NCBI GenBank assembly: GCA_963422395.1
Contig: OY729431.1
Location: 1,888,001-1,952,000, forward strand
Length of the DNA stretch: 64,000 nt
Source of the DNA: Vicinamibacteria bacterium
GTDB taxonomy: Bacteria > Acidobacteriota > Vicinamibacteria > Marinacidobacterales > Marinacidobacteraceae
Direction: 5' to 3'
Shown here: one piece after another, positions 19,754-29,144 of the stretch
How the letters are laid out: each line of letters begins with the position of its first letter
Position numbering within the stretch: position 1 is the stretch's first letter
Notes under the pieces: generated by a model
Seen by the model: the letters and a program-made list of their open reading frames with translations, nothing else
What the model was told of the DNA's origin: nothing
Database searches by the model: none
Translations under genes and position numbers: made by a program

Positions 19754-20740
19754 ATGGAACTGCGCCTTCTCACCGCCGCCGAAGTCGTAGCGGCGATGCC
19801 CATGGCCGAGGCGATCCCGGTGGTGCGCCAGGCCTTCATCGAACTCTCCGCCGGCCGGGCGGTGATGCCGGTCCGTACCCGGGTGGAGGTGCCGCGTCGG
19901 TCCGGGATCAGCCTGCACATGCCGGCCTATCTGGAAGGCGGCCACCAGCTCGCCACCAAGATCGTCTCGGTGTTCCCCGAAAATCCGGGACGGATGCCGC
20001 CGCTGCCGACGATCCACGCCCTGGTGGTGGTTCTCGATCCCGAGACCGGGGCGCCCGCGGGAGTCCTCCACGGGGGGGCGCTCACCGCGATCCGCACCGG
20101 CGCCGCTTCGGGAGTCGCCACCGAAGAGCTCGCGCCAGCCGAAGTCCGGAGCGCCGGAGTGCTCGGCGCGGGAGTTCAGGCTCGCACCCAGCTCGAAGCG
20201 ATGGTCGCCGCGAGGCCGGGGATCGAGCGGGCCTCGGTGTACGACCCTCGGATCGGCGCCGCAGAAGCCTTCGCCGCCGAGATGTCGGAAAGGCTCGGTC
20301 TGCCGGTGACCGTCGCCTCCTCCGCCGATGCGGTCGTCGCCGCCTCCGAGGTGATCGCCGAGGCGACCACTGCGGAGACTCCGGTCTTCTCCGACGCCGC
20401 GCTCCGGGACGAGGCCCACCTGAACGCCGTAGGCTCGTTCACTCCCGCGATGCAGATCGTCCCCGAGGCAACCGTCGTCCGCTCGGCGGTGGTGGTGGAC
20501 CACCGCGAATCCTGCTGGGAAGAGGCCGGAGACCTGATCAAGCCCCGCGACCGCGGCGTAATCGACGAATCCCAGGTGCTCGCCGAGATCGGCGAGGTCG
20601 CCGCCGGAACCGCCCCCCGGCCCTCCAGCCGACCCACTCTGTTCAAGACCGTCGGCACCGCGGTCCAGGATGCCGCGGTCGGGGCGGCGACGCTCGCCCG
20701 CGCCGAGGAACGGGGTCTCGGAACGGTGATCGAACTGTAG
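19754..20740 (+). CDS. Ornithine cyclodeaminase/mu-crystallin family protein (second paralog)
   Basis: LTAIRTGAASGVAT, GAGVQA, HLNAVGSF, TLFKTVGTAVQDAA. Confidence 0.9.
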   Translation: MELRLLTAAEVVAAMPMAEAIPVVRQAFIELSAGRAVMPVRTRVEVPRRSGISLHMPAYLEGGHQLATKIVSVFPENPGRMPPLPTIHALVVVLDPETGAPAGVLHGGALTAIRTGAASGVATEELAPAEVRSAGVLGAGVQARTQLEAMVAARPGIERASVYDPRIGAAEAFAAEMSERLGLPVTVASSADAVVAASEVIAEATTAETPVFSDAALRDEAHLNAVGSFTPAMQIVPEATVVRSAVVVDHRESCWEEAGDLIKPRDRGVIDESQVLAEIGEVAAGTAPRPSSRPTLFKTVGTAVQDAAVGAATLARAEERGLGTVIEL

Positions 20741-20894
20741 AAGACGCCGGGATGCGGGCCGGCATCAGCGGCGAAGGCGGTACGCAACCCGGACTGCTCG
20801 ACGCCTCTGACCGAGCCAGCGTCGGCGATGGCGGGGCACCGTCCGCCGACGGCCAGTTCCTGCGGCAGCCGGGGGATATCTCCGGACGCCCCGC

Positions 20895-21755
20895 TCACCG
20901 CCGCACCGGATTTTCGAGCCGGCCGATCTCGGCGACCTCGGCGCCCACCGTGTCTCCCTCCCGGATCTCCACCGCTCCCGGAGTTCCGGTGAGCAGGAGA
21001 TCGCCGGCGCGCCAGGTCATGTCTTCCGAGAAGAAGGAGAGCAGCTTCTCGGGGGAGTGCGTCATCCCCGCCACCAGGTCGCTGCGGACCGGCTCGCCGT
21101 TTCGGAGCGTCGCGGTGCGAACCGCCGGAAGCGATTCCGGGGCCGCCACTTCGTCCGGAGTGACGAGGCAGGGTCCGAGGCTCAGAAAGGTATCGAAGCT
21201 CTTGGCGCGGGTGAGAAAGCGCGGGTTCTGCCGCAGGATGTCCTCGGCGGTCAGGTCCACCGCGAGGGTGTAGGCGCCGATCGCCGAAAGCGCCTCGGCG
21301 GGCTCGAAGTCGCGCCCCGAGCGGCCGAGCACGACCACCAACTCCCCCTCCCCGGTGACCCGCCGTGAGGCCCGGGGCAGGCGCACCGGCTCACCCGGGC
21401 CGATGATGGACTCCTGCGGACGCAGGAAGCCGACGGGAGCATCCGGGGAGGAGGTGCCGAGGTCGGCGGCATGGGCGCGATAGTTGAGTCCGATGCACCA
21501 GATCTTCGGCGGCCGGACGAGGGGGGCGAGAATCCGGGCTTCGGCCAGCGGGATGCCGGGGAGATCGAAGCGGGCCGCAGCTTCGGCTTCGGCCTCGGCG
21601 AGCTCCGGGAGGCGGCCTCCCTGGACCAGTTCGTCGAGGTCGCCCGGAACCGCCGGCTCGAGTTCCGCTGCGAAGGCCCGGACCGGGACCAGCCGGCCGC
21701 CTTGCAGCGCGGCGGCTTCCGGCCCGTCCGGGCCGGCGTGGCGGTAGAGACGCAT
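20895..21755 (-). CDS. Fumarylacetoacetate hydrolase family protein
   Basis: KIWCIGLNYRAHA, EGELVVVLG, DLTAED, AKSFDTF, GDLLLTGTP. Confidence 0.9.
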   Translation of the reverse strand: MRLYRHAGPDGPEAAALQGGRLVPVRAFAAELEPAVPGDLDELVQGGRLPELAEAEAEAAARFDLPGIPLAEARILAPLVRPPKIWCIGLNYRAHAADLGTSSPDAPVGFLRPQESIIGPGEPVRLPRASRRVTGEGELVVVLGRSGRDFEPAEALSAIGAYTLAVDLTAEDILRQNPRFLTRAKSFDTFLSLGPCLVTPDEVAAPESLPAVRTATLRNGEPVRSDLVAGMTHSPEKLLSFFSEDMTWRAGDLLLTGTPGAVEIREGDTVGAEVAEIGRLENPVRR

Positions 21756-21812
21756 CCGGTGAGAATACGCCCCTCCGGGACGGGCGAGAATCGCTCTCCG
21801 AGACCGGCGGGA

Positions 21813-23096
21813 ATGGAACGGATCCGACTCGACTACGACGAACAGGGGCTGGATCTCCGGATCCCGGACCGGGCCGCCGGCCGCTTCGAAGTCATCCGGC
21901 CCCGCTTCCCGCCGCCGCTCGCGGACGAAGCCGGGGCGCTCCTCCGGGCCCTCCGGGAACCGGTCGCCGGCCCGCCGCTGCACGAGCGGGTGCCCCGGGG
22001 GGCCTCCGTCGCGATCTCGGTCTGCGATCCGACCCGTGCCCAGCCCCGGATCCCCATGCTCCGCGCCCTGCTCGAAGAGCTTCCAACCCCGCCGGAGCGG
22101 GTCACTCTGCTCGTCGCCACCGGGACCCATCGCCCGGCGACCGCGCGCGAGCTGGAAACGATGTTCGGCAGCGAGCTGCTCTCGGCCTGCGAGGTCGAAA
22201 ACCACGACTGCCGGGACGGCTCGGCGCTGGTCGAACTCGGGCGGACGGCGACCGGAGTCCCGGTGGCGCTGAACCGCCGCTTCGTCGAAGCCGATGTTCG
22301 CATCACCACCGGCTTCGTGGAGCCGCACTTCTTCGCCGGGTTTTCCGGGGGGCCGAAGATGATCGCCCCCGGACTCGCCGGCCTGGAAACGATCCTGATG
22401 CTCCACGACGGGCACCGGATCGGCCACCCCCGAGCGGTGTTCGGCATCACCGAGGGAAACCCGGTCCACGACGATGTGCGCGAGATTGCGCGGCGATTCC
22501 CGGCGGACTTCGGCCTCGATGTGCTCCTCGACGGAGAGAAGCGGATCACCGGAGTCTTCTCGGGCGATCTCGCCGAGGAACACGCTGCCGCCTGCCGGCG
22601 GTCGCGCGCCGAGGCGATGCGCCCGGTCGCCGGACCTTTCGAGGTGGTGGTGACCACGAATGCCGGCCATCCGCTCGACCTGAACCTCTACCAGGCGGTC
22701 AAGGGGATGGCGGCAGCGGCCAGGATCGTGCGCGAGAGCGGGACGATCCTCTGCGCCGCCGCCTGCCGCGAAGGGATCCCCGAAGGGGGCGCGTACGCCC
22801 GGGCGCTCCGCGCCGGTTCCTCGATCGAGGAAGTGCGGGAGGCGCTCGCCGCCTCCCCGGTGCGCCGGCCCGACGATTGGCAGGTCCAGATCCAGTGCCG
22901 CATCCTGGAACGGGCGCGGGTCGGGCTCTTTTCGAGGCTCCCCGACGAGACCGTCCGGGCGGTGCATCTGGATCCGGTGGCCGATCTCGACGCCGCCTGC
23001 CGGGAAGCGCTCGAGACTGCGGGGCCGCAGGCGCGGCTCGCGGTGCTGCCGCACGGACCGGTCACGATCCCTCATCTAGCTGTGACCTTGCGGTAG
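21813..23096 (+). CDS. larA: Nickel-dependent lactate racemase family protein (LarA)
   Basis: CDPTR, ATGTHR, NHD, EPHFFAGFSGGPK, DLNLYQAVKG, DDWQVQ. The C-terminus runs into repeat E5. Confidence 0.9.
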   Translation: MERIRLDYDEQGLDLRIPDRAAGRFEVIRPRFPPPLADEAGALLRALREPVAGPPLHERVPRGASVAISVCDPTRAQPRIPMLRALLEELPTPPERVTLLVATGTHRPATARELETMFGSELLSACEVENHDCRDGSALVELGRTATGVPVALNRRFVEADVRITTGFVEPHFFAGFSGGPKMIAPGLAGLETILMLHDGHRIGHPRAVFGITEGNPVHDDVREIARRFPADFGLDVLLDGEKRITGVFSGDLAEEHAAACRRSRAEAMRPVAGPFEVVVTTNAGHPLDLNLYQAVKGMAAAARIVRESGTILCAAACREGIPEGGAYARALRAGSSIEEVREALAASPVRRPDDWQVQIQCRILERARVGLFSRLPDETVRAVHLDPVADLDAACREALETAGPQARLAVLPHGPVTIPHLAVTLR

Positions 23097-23310
23097 GTTG
23101 TTCACACGAACCCGATGCCCGGAACTCATGGGCATCCACAACCCCTCAGCACAAGGAGGCGCCCGGCTGACGAGGCGCGATTCGGGAGGCATACCGGGAG
23201 TATTCCGACGGAATCGCAACGCCGAGCGAAGCGGTTCAGCCGGGCCCCCACCGGGAGGACTGGGCATCGCCGACCTTTGGCCGTGTGACTTCGTCCACAG
23301 GCTGCTCTAG
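23076..23310 (+). mobile_element. Modular repeat element E5
   Basis: Bounded by CTAG. The first half matches E3a and the second half matches E1/E6; ends GACTTCGTCCACAGGCTGCTCTAG. Confidence 0.82.
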
Positions 23311-25707
23311 GGCGGGAATGAAGCCGGGAGTCAGGGTCAGGGTCCACGCAGCAGGGCCGGCGAGAAAGGGAGTCGGGCGTCCTTCCTCCCAGTCGCGGTG
23401 ACCCGCCAGGTAGTACGGCGATCCGGGGTGGCCCGACTGCCCGCCCGGCATGTGGAGGATGCCGCGGTGTTCCGCACCCGGAGCGACCACGAAGCGGTTC
23501 GACGGGCCGTGGGCTCCGTTCTGGGCGAGGGGCAGCCCGGCGTCGCCGGGAAGACCTCGGGGCGGCGCATCCAGCCAGCGGGACAGGAGCCGGGGCAGCG
23601 CCGGGCTCAGCGGATGACGGATGGAGACGAGATTCTCCCCGCCCCAGGAGCGCCCTTCGAGCGGGCCGTCAGCGGCCAGCCGGAGGGCGGCGTCGAGCAC
23701 CGCCCGTTCGAGCGCTTCCCGCCAGTCCGCCGCTCCCGGAGGTATGAAATGCGCCGGCTGCTCCCGGGCGAGGCGCAGGAGCGGCCCGGGCCACTGATTC
23801 GCGACCCAGGGCGAAAACTCGGGCAGCAGCTCGCTCGCGGGTCGGGTGAGCGCTCCGTACACGCTGCGGAAGAGCTCGAGCCTGGCGTTCCGCACCAGCG
23901 GATAGGCGGCGCTCTCGACGCTCGCCCTTCCAGTCCACCCCTGCCGCAACACCCGGGCGGCTTCGCCGGCGCGGGCTTCGCCGGATCCGCGAAGCGCTTC
24001 CAGGAAGAGCTTCCGCCAGACCTCGAGTTCCACCGCCCGGTCGTCGCGCTGGACCGAGAGCATCGCCGGTTCGTCGGCGGCTTCCACCCCGAGCAGCCGG
24101 TCCCGGATCTGCCGGGCGCGCGCACCGTGGGCATAGCTGCCGCCGCTGCCGATCCGGCCGAGCCACTCCCCATCCACGATCCGGTTGTTCGCGGTCCAGA
24201 GGAGCCCCGAAGGCGGATTCCGGATCGCGGGCATTTCGTCCGGCTCCAGGAAACCGTCCCAGCCCCGCTCGCCGTCGGCCCACGAAGTGGGGATTCTTCC
24301 GTCGAATCCCCTCCGCCGCGGAAGGGGCCCGGCGATGGTCCAGCCGATGGCGCCCGAACGGTCGGCGGCCACCAGGTTCTGGGGCGGCATTCCGCTTTCC
24401 CAGCCCGCGCGGAACAGCTCCTCGATGGACTCCGCCTCGGCGAAGTCCAACCAGCCGACCCGCCGGCCCGCCGGATCGTGCGCCGTCCAGCGGATCGCAT
24501 AGGGCCGGCCCCACCGCCGGGTGACCGGCCCCCAGATCGTCTCCTGAACCTCCAGGGTCTCCGGCGCTCCGCCGGAGACCAGCAGCCGCTCGGCGAACAC
24601 CTCCATCCGCCGAAAGCCCTCGGGAGTCCGGTAGCGCAGCGGTTCTGCGGGATCCGTCTCCAGCGCGACCAGATCGGTCCCGTCGCCCGCCGAGTTCGTG
24701 AAGCCCCACGCCACCCGGCCGTTGCTGCCCGCGATCACCGCCGGAATCCCGGGCAGCGTGAGCCCGGCGAGCCGGGTGCCGCCGAAGCGCAGTTCCGCGC
24801 GGTACCAGATGTTCGGAACAGCGAGCGGGAGGTGCATGTCGCTCGCCACCAGCGGTGCCCTGCCGGCCGTCCGCTCCGCCGCCACCGCCCACGAGTTGCT
24901 CCCGGAGGCCGGCGGAGGGGCGCCCGGACGAAGAGAGGGAGAGGCGGACGGGGTGATGGCGGACGCCCTTTCGAACCCGGCACGCCGGAACGCCCCGGGG
25001 CCGGGGATCTCCGGGGTGGGGAACGCTTCCCCCACGAGCGGCGCGTCGGACTCGGTGCCGGGCGGATTCAGGAAGCGGACGAGTTCTGCGGGGAGCGTCT
25101 GTTCGAGCGCGAGGATCCGGGCTTCGCGCAAGCCGGCGGCGTCGTTCAGCAGGAAGGCCATCGCCGCCACCACGAGCAGCGAATCGGAGGTCCGCCAGCC
25201 AGCCGGCTCCTCTCCGAGCAGCAGGTACTCGAAAGGCGCCGCCCCGAGCGCAGAGAGCCCGGCGTTCACTCCGTCCCGGTAGGTCTCGAGTGCTCGTCGT
25301 GCGGCGGGCGGCAGCGCCGCCGCCGTCCTCTCGGTCCGGGCGCGCATCCGGTGGAGCCGGGCCTCCCGGTCGGCGTCGAGTGCGGCGGCCCCGACGAGTG
25401 CCGCGAGCTCTCCGGCGGCCTGGCGGCGCATCAGGTCCATCTGGAAGAACCGTTCCTGGGCGTGGAGGAAGCCGAGGGCGCGGAAGCCGTCTCCGGCGGT
25501 CCGGGACGCGATCCGCGGCACTCCGAGACGGTCGCGTTCCACCCGGACCGGCGCCGAGAGTCCGGAGAGCGGCCGGCTTCCACGCAGTGCCGGCTGGCTC
25601 GCTCGGAGCCGCGCGCGAACGAAGAAGCCGGCGCCCACGAAACCCATGAGGACAACGCCGAGCAGAATCGCTCCGGCGAGCGCGATCAGGGAACGCCGCT
25701 TCTTCAC
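23236..25707 (-). CDS. Penicillin acylase family (Ntn-hydrolase) protein
   Basis: VRVERDRLGVPRI, GFLHAQERFFQMDL, GSNSW (catalytic Ser), ASDMHL, TANN, PGGQSG. GTG start (VKKRRSL); the last ~24 codons lie in E5. Confidence 0.9.
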   Translation of the reverse strand: MKKRRSLIALAGAILLGVVLMGFVGAGFFVRARLRASQPALRGSRPLSGLSAPVRVERDRLGVPRIASRTAGDGFRALGFLHAQERFFQMDLMRRQAAGELAALVGAAALDADREARLHRMRARTERTAAALPPAARRALETYRDGVNAGLSALGAAPFEYLLLGEEPAGWRTSDSLLVVAAMAFLLNDAAGLREARILALEQTLPAELVRFLNPPGTESDAPLVGEAFPTPEIPGPGAFRRAGFERASAITPSASPSLRPGAPPPASGSNSWAVAAERTAGRAPLVASDMHLPLAVPNIWYRAELRFGGTRLAGLTLPGIPAVIAGSNGRVAWGFTNSAGDGTDLVALETDPAEPLRYRTPEGFRRMEVFAERLLVSGGAPETLEVQETIWGPVTRRWGRPYAIRWTAHDPAGRRVGWLDFAEAESIEELFRAGWESGMPPQNLVAADRSGAIGWTIAGPLPRRRGFDGRIPTSWADGERGWDGFLEPDEMPAIRNPPSGLLWTANNRIVDGEWLGRIGSGGSYAHGARARQIRDRLLGVEAADEPAMLSVQRDDRAVELEVWRKLFLEALRGSGEARAGEAARVLRQGWTGRASVESAAYPLVRNARLELFRSVYGALTRPASELLPEFSPWVANQWPGPLLRLAREQPAHFIPPGAADWREALERAVLDAALRLAADGPLEGRSWGGENLVSIRHPLSPALPRLLSRWLDAPPRGLPGDAGLPLAQNGAHGPSNRFVVAPGAEHRGILHMPGGQSGHPGSPYYLAGHRDWEEGRPTPFLAGPAAWTLTLTPGFIPALEQPVDEVTRPKVGDAQSSRWGPG

Positions 25708-25734
25708 AGGCTGTGGGTATTCTCCCGGACGCTC

Positions 25735-26655
25735 ATGCGAAGCGGCTTCCGGTCTCGGCGATTCGGGCAGTTTCGGCGATTCGGTCTCGCGCTGTTCCCT
25801 CTCGCGGTGCTCATCGCTCCAGCGGCGGCCGCCTCGTCGGTGCAGGGAGACGAGACAGCGGAAGCCGCCGGCGGCGAGCCCGGCTGGTCGGGAAGCGCCG
25901 ACTGGAACCTCGCGAGCAATTGGGGCAACTCCAGTTCCGGCTCGATCGGCCTGGCCGGAGAGAGCCGGCGGGAGATCGGGCGGTTTCGCCTCCTGATCCG
26001 GGGCGGGCTGCTGCGGGCCAGCACCGATACGGTGAAGCGGGAAGCTTTCGGCGCTGCAGACAGCTTCGAAGTGTCCCGCACGGTGGAGAGCAAGGTCTCG
26101 GCGGATCGGGCCCACCTGCGCACCCGGATCTCCCAAGCGCAGACCGACCGTCCGGTGCAGTTCTTCGCCACCGCGGGCTGGGAGCGCGACGCTCGAGCCG
26201 GGGTGAAGGCACGGCTCGACCTCGGCGCGGGGATCGGCGCCTCGTTCGGCGAGACTCCCGTCGAAGGCGAGCTCGAACTCGGCGCGGGGATGAGCTACAC
26301 CCACCAGAGCGACGAAGTAGTGGATCCGGATCTCAGCAGCGGCACACTGGGACTGCGCTTCGATATGCGCGCTGAAAGAAGTTTCCGCGGCGCCGACCTC
26401 GCGCTGATCGCCGCCTCGACCTGGAGCCTGGGAAGCCGGGACGACCTCCGCCTCGATGTGACCGGGTCGGCGGCTTTCCCCCTCTCCCGCCGTCTCGCCT
26501 TCCGGACCAGCCTGCAGACCCTCTTCGATACCCGGCCATCGCTCGATCGGGTGCGCCTCCGCGCATTCCCCGGCGGACCAGCACTCGGAACGGTCATCGT
26601 GCCGAGACAGCGATTCGACCGGATCTTGATGATCGCCCTCGCTCTCCAGTTCTAG
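25735..26655 (+). CDS. Outer-membrane beta-barrel protein (DUF481-like)
   Basis: Signal peptide, alternating beta-strand pattern (WSGSADWNL...GN), C-terminal aromatic residue (ALALQF). Confidence 0.72.
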   Translation: MRSGFRSRRFGQFRRFGLALFPLAVLIAPAAAASSVQGDETAEAAGGEPGWSGSADWNLASNWGNSSSGSIGLAGESRREIGRFRLLIRGGLLRASTDTVKREAFGAADSFEVSRTVESKVSADRAHLRTRISQAQTDRPVQFFATAGWERDARAGVKARLDLGAGIGASFGETPVEGELELGAGMSYTHQSDEVVDPDLSSGTLGLRFDMRAERSFRGADLALIAASTWSLGSRDDLRLDVTGSAAFPLSRRLAFRTSLQTLFDTRPSLDRVRLRAFPGGPALGTVIVPRQRFDRILMIALALQF

Positions 26656-26957
26656 CAGTCCGTGGATGAAGTGGTGCGAGCACCGAGACCGGGCCAGTTC
26701 TCCCGGTGGGGGCGGCGCCTGGCGGACAAGGCGCGAATCGGGAGACAAACCGGCGTATTCCGACTGATTCGCAACGAAGAGCGAAGCGGTTCAGCCAGGG
26801 CCCCCACTGGGAGAACTGGGCATCGCCGGTCGCTCCGAGCGGGGCCGAATATGGCCCCGCGAGCACGCCGGAGAGTGAGGGGCTCCCGGTCGGGATCCCC
26901 GACGGGAGTCCCTCGCTACTCGGCAAATGCCGTGTGACTTTGTCCACGGGCTGCTAA
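26652..26957 (+). mobile_element. Modular repeat element E6 (longest two-ended copy)
   Basis: CTAGCAGTCCGTGGATGAAGT...GACTTTGTCCACGGGCTGCTAA. Contains the E1 body plus the E4 module. Confidence 0.87.
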
Positions 26958-26967
26958 CTCGAAGCCG

Positions 26968-28002
26968 ATGCCGCTCGACGCGCCGCGGGCGGTGGTGATC
27001 GGACCGCAGCCCGGGAAGATCCACCTCGGCGCCGGGCTCGATATCCTGGGCCCGCCGCCGGGCACGGTGGCGGCCATCACCGTCGGCTGGCGCGAGACCG
27101 AGCCGGTAGCGCGCGAAGTGGATCGGGAGCTCGAGCGGTCCGGGCGCGAACCCGCGCCGCTGCTGATCGGGGAACGGGTAGGGCGCATCTTCGAGCGCGA
27201 CCCGGAGCTCGCCAGAGCCCATCGGGCACTCCAGGAGGGGCTCCTCGCCGAGGAGAAGCTGTACCGCGCGCGGCTCCGCCAGGCCATCGAGGCCTCGCGG
27301 GCGGTGGCCCGGCTCGGGGTGGGGGAGCGCTACCGGGCGCCCTATGTCGAGGAAGCCTGGAAGGGGATCGTGGCGGCCGACCGATTCCACATCGAACACC
27401 AGGCCGCGCTCTGGCGAGAGTTCCGCGCCGCCTTCCGCCCGACCGAACGGCCGGTGCTTCGCGCGGAGCGGGAAGAACTCGAGCGCATTCTGGCGGGCTC
27501 CGCCGCGGTGGTGCTGACCGGCGGGCAGGTGGCGGTGATCCGGAATCGGCTGCTGCTGCTCGATCTCGCCGGGGCGCTCTCGCGGCTTCCCATCCTGGCG
27601 TGGTCTGCGGGAGCGATGGTGCTCACCCGCCGGGTGGTGCTCTTCCACGACCGGCTCCCCTACGGTTCCGTCCGACCGGAGTTCCTGGGCGAGGGCCTCT
27701 CGATGCTGCCGGGGGCCGCACTGTTCCCGGATGCGGGCGGCCGGCTCGATCTCGAGGATCGGCAGAGCCTCCGAGAACTGGCCGGACGGGTGGCGCCCGA
27801 GCGCGCGGTTCTGCTCGACCCGGGCGATCAGCTCCTCTGGGACGGAGAGTGCTGGACCGCGGACGGCGGGATCCGGACGCTCTCTCCCGAAGGAGACATC
27901 GAGTGTGTGCCCCAGCTGCACCCCTCTCGCGATCTGCAGCCACCTCGGAAGCCGTCGTTCTCTCCGGTGCGGGCCTCGCCGCCGGGGAGCGAAGAGAAGT
28001 GA
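26968..28002 (+). CDS. Peptidase S51/class I glutamine amidotransferase-like domain protein
   Basis: ITVGWRE, LTGGQVAVIRNRL, WSAGAM nucleophile elbow, VLFHD. Confidence 0.7.
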   Translation: MPLDAPRAVVIGPQPGKIHLGAGLDILGPPPGTVAAITVGWRETEPVAREVDRELERSGREPAPLLIGERVGRIFERDPELARAHRALQEGLLAEEKLYRARLRQAIEASRAVARLGVGERYRAPYVEEAWKGIVAADRFHIEHQAALWREFRAAFRPTERPVLRAEREELERILAGSAAVVLTGGQVAVIRNRLLLLDLAGALSRLPILAWSAGAMVLTRRVVLFHDRLPYGSVRPEFLGEGLSMLPGAALFPDAGGRLDLEDRQSLRELAGRVAPERAVLLDPGDQLLWDGECWTADGGIRTLSPEGDIECVPQLHPSRDLQPPRKPSFSPVRASPPGSEEK

Positions 28003-29144
28003 TGAGCACCCCTCCCGAACTGGCGATCTCGGAGCTGGCGCTCTCCGGGCCGACTCCCGAAGATCTGGAGCGATTCCTCGAGGAACACGATTTCCCGATC
28101 CGCGAAGGCCCGCACACCACCTTCGTGTTCCGCGGCGAGGCCGACTCGATACTCCTCGGCCACTGGCTCTTCGGGACTGCAGCGGCGCGGTCGATGGAGC
28201 GGATCCCGGGCACCGATCTGTGGTTCGTGACCCTGGACCTGCCAGCCGACTCGCGGGTCGAGTACCGCTTTCAGCGCGTTTCGGGCGCCGAAGCGGAATG
28301 GATCCTCGACCCGCGGAACCCCCGAACGGTCCGGGATCCGTTCGGCGTCTTTTCGGTCTGCCACGGCGCGAGATACCGAAAGCCCGAGTGGACCGAAGAG
28401 GACCCGGTGGTCGGACGCGGCGAGCTGACCGTCACCGAGGTCCGGAGCCGGGTCCTGGGAATCCGGCGGGTCCCGGTGTACACCCCGGTGGGCTTTCGGG
28501 GAAGCCGGCGCTATCCGCTGCTGATCGTGCTCGACGGGGACGGCTATCTCCGCTATGCGAACGCCCGCACCGTGCTCGACAACCTGATCCACCGCCGCGA
28601 GATCCCGCCCCTGATCGCAGCGTTCGTGGACCCCGAAAAACGGATCCGCGAGTTCGCGAACAGTGCCTCCCACGCTGAGTTCCTCACCGCCGACCTCGTG
28701 CCCCACCTCCAGCAGGAGTTCCCCATCCGCCTGCGTCCCGACGACCGGGGCCTCGTCGGAGCGGGTCTCGGCGCCGTCGCCGCGCTCACCGCCGCCTGGA
28801 GGCATCCGGGCTTTTTCGGCAAACTGCTCCTCCAATCGGGATCCTTCACTTTCACCGATGTCGGCCCCAGCACCCGCACCTCGCTGCTCGATCCGGTAGT
28901 GGATTTCGTGAACGCCTACCGCGAGGCGCCGCGCCGGGTGAGCAGCCGGATCTTCCTCAGCTGCGGCATCTACGAACCGCTCATCTACGAGAACCGCTCC
29001 ATCGTCCCCCTGCTGCGGGAAAGCGGGATGGAGGTGCGCTATACCGAAGTGCCGGACGGCCACAACTGGGAGAGCTGGCGCGACCGGCTCCAGGAAGGCC
29101 TCTCGTGGCTCTTCCCGGGACCCCTCTGGCTCTACTACCGATGA
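28002..29144 (+). CDS. Fes-like esterase family protein with N-terminal Ig/CBM48-like domain
   Basis: RVEYRF...WILDPRNP, VYTPVGF..RYPLLIVLDG, QSGSF, DGHNWESWR. The nucleophile elbow reads GAGLG. Confidence 0.8.
   Translation: MSTPPELAISELALSGPTPEDLERFLEEHDFPIREGPHTTFVFRGEADSILLGHWLFGTAAARSMERIPGTDLWFVTLDLPADSRVEYRFQRVSGAEAEWILDPRNPRTVRDPFGVFSVCHGARYRKPEWTEEDPVVGRGELTVTEVRSRVLGIRRVPVYTPVGFRGSRRYPLLIVLDGDGYLRYANARTVLDNLIHRREIPPLIAAFVDPEKRIREFANSASHAEFLTADLVPHLQQEFPIRLRPDDRGLVGAGLGAVAALTAAWRHPGFFGKLLLQSGSFTFTDVGPSTRTSLLDPVVDFVNAYREAPRRVSSRIFLSCGIYEPLIYENRSIVPLLRESGMEVRYTEVPDGHNWESWRDRLQEGLSWLFPGPLWLYYR

Noticed and set aside
23236-26748. 1170-aa and 1085-aa overlapping giant ORFs read as fusions
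   Set aside because: Each is a real gene (penicillin acylase; DUF481 barrel) extended through the antisense strand of the other. Signal peptides mark true starts at 25707 and 25735.
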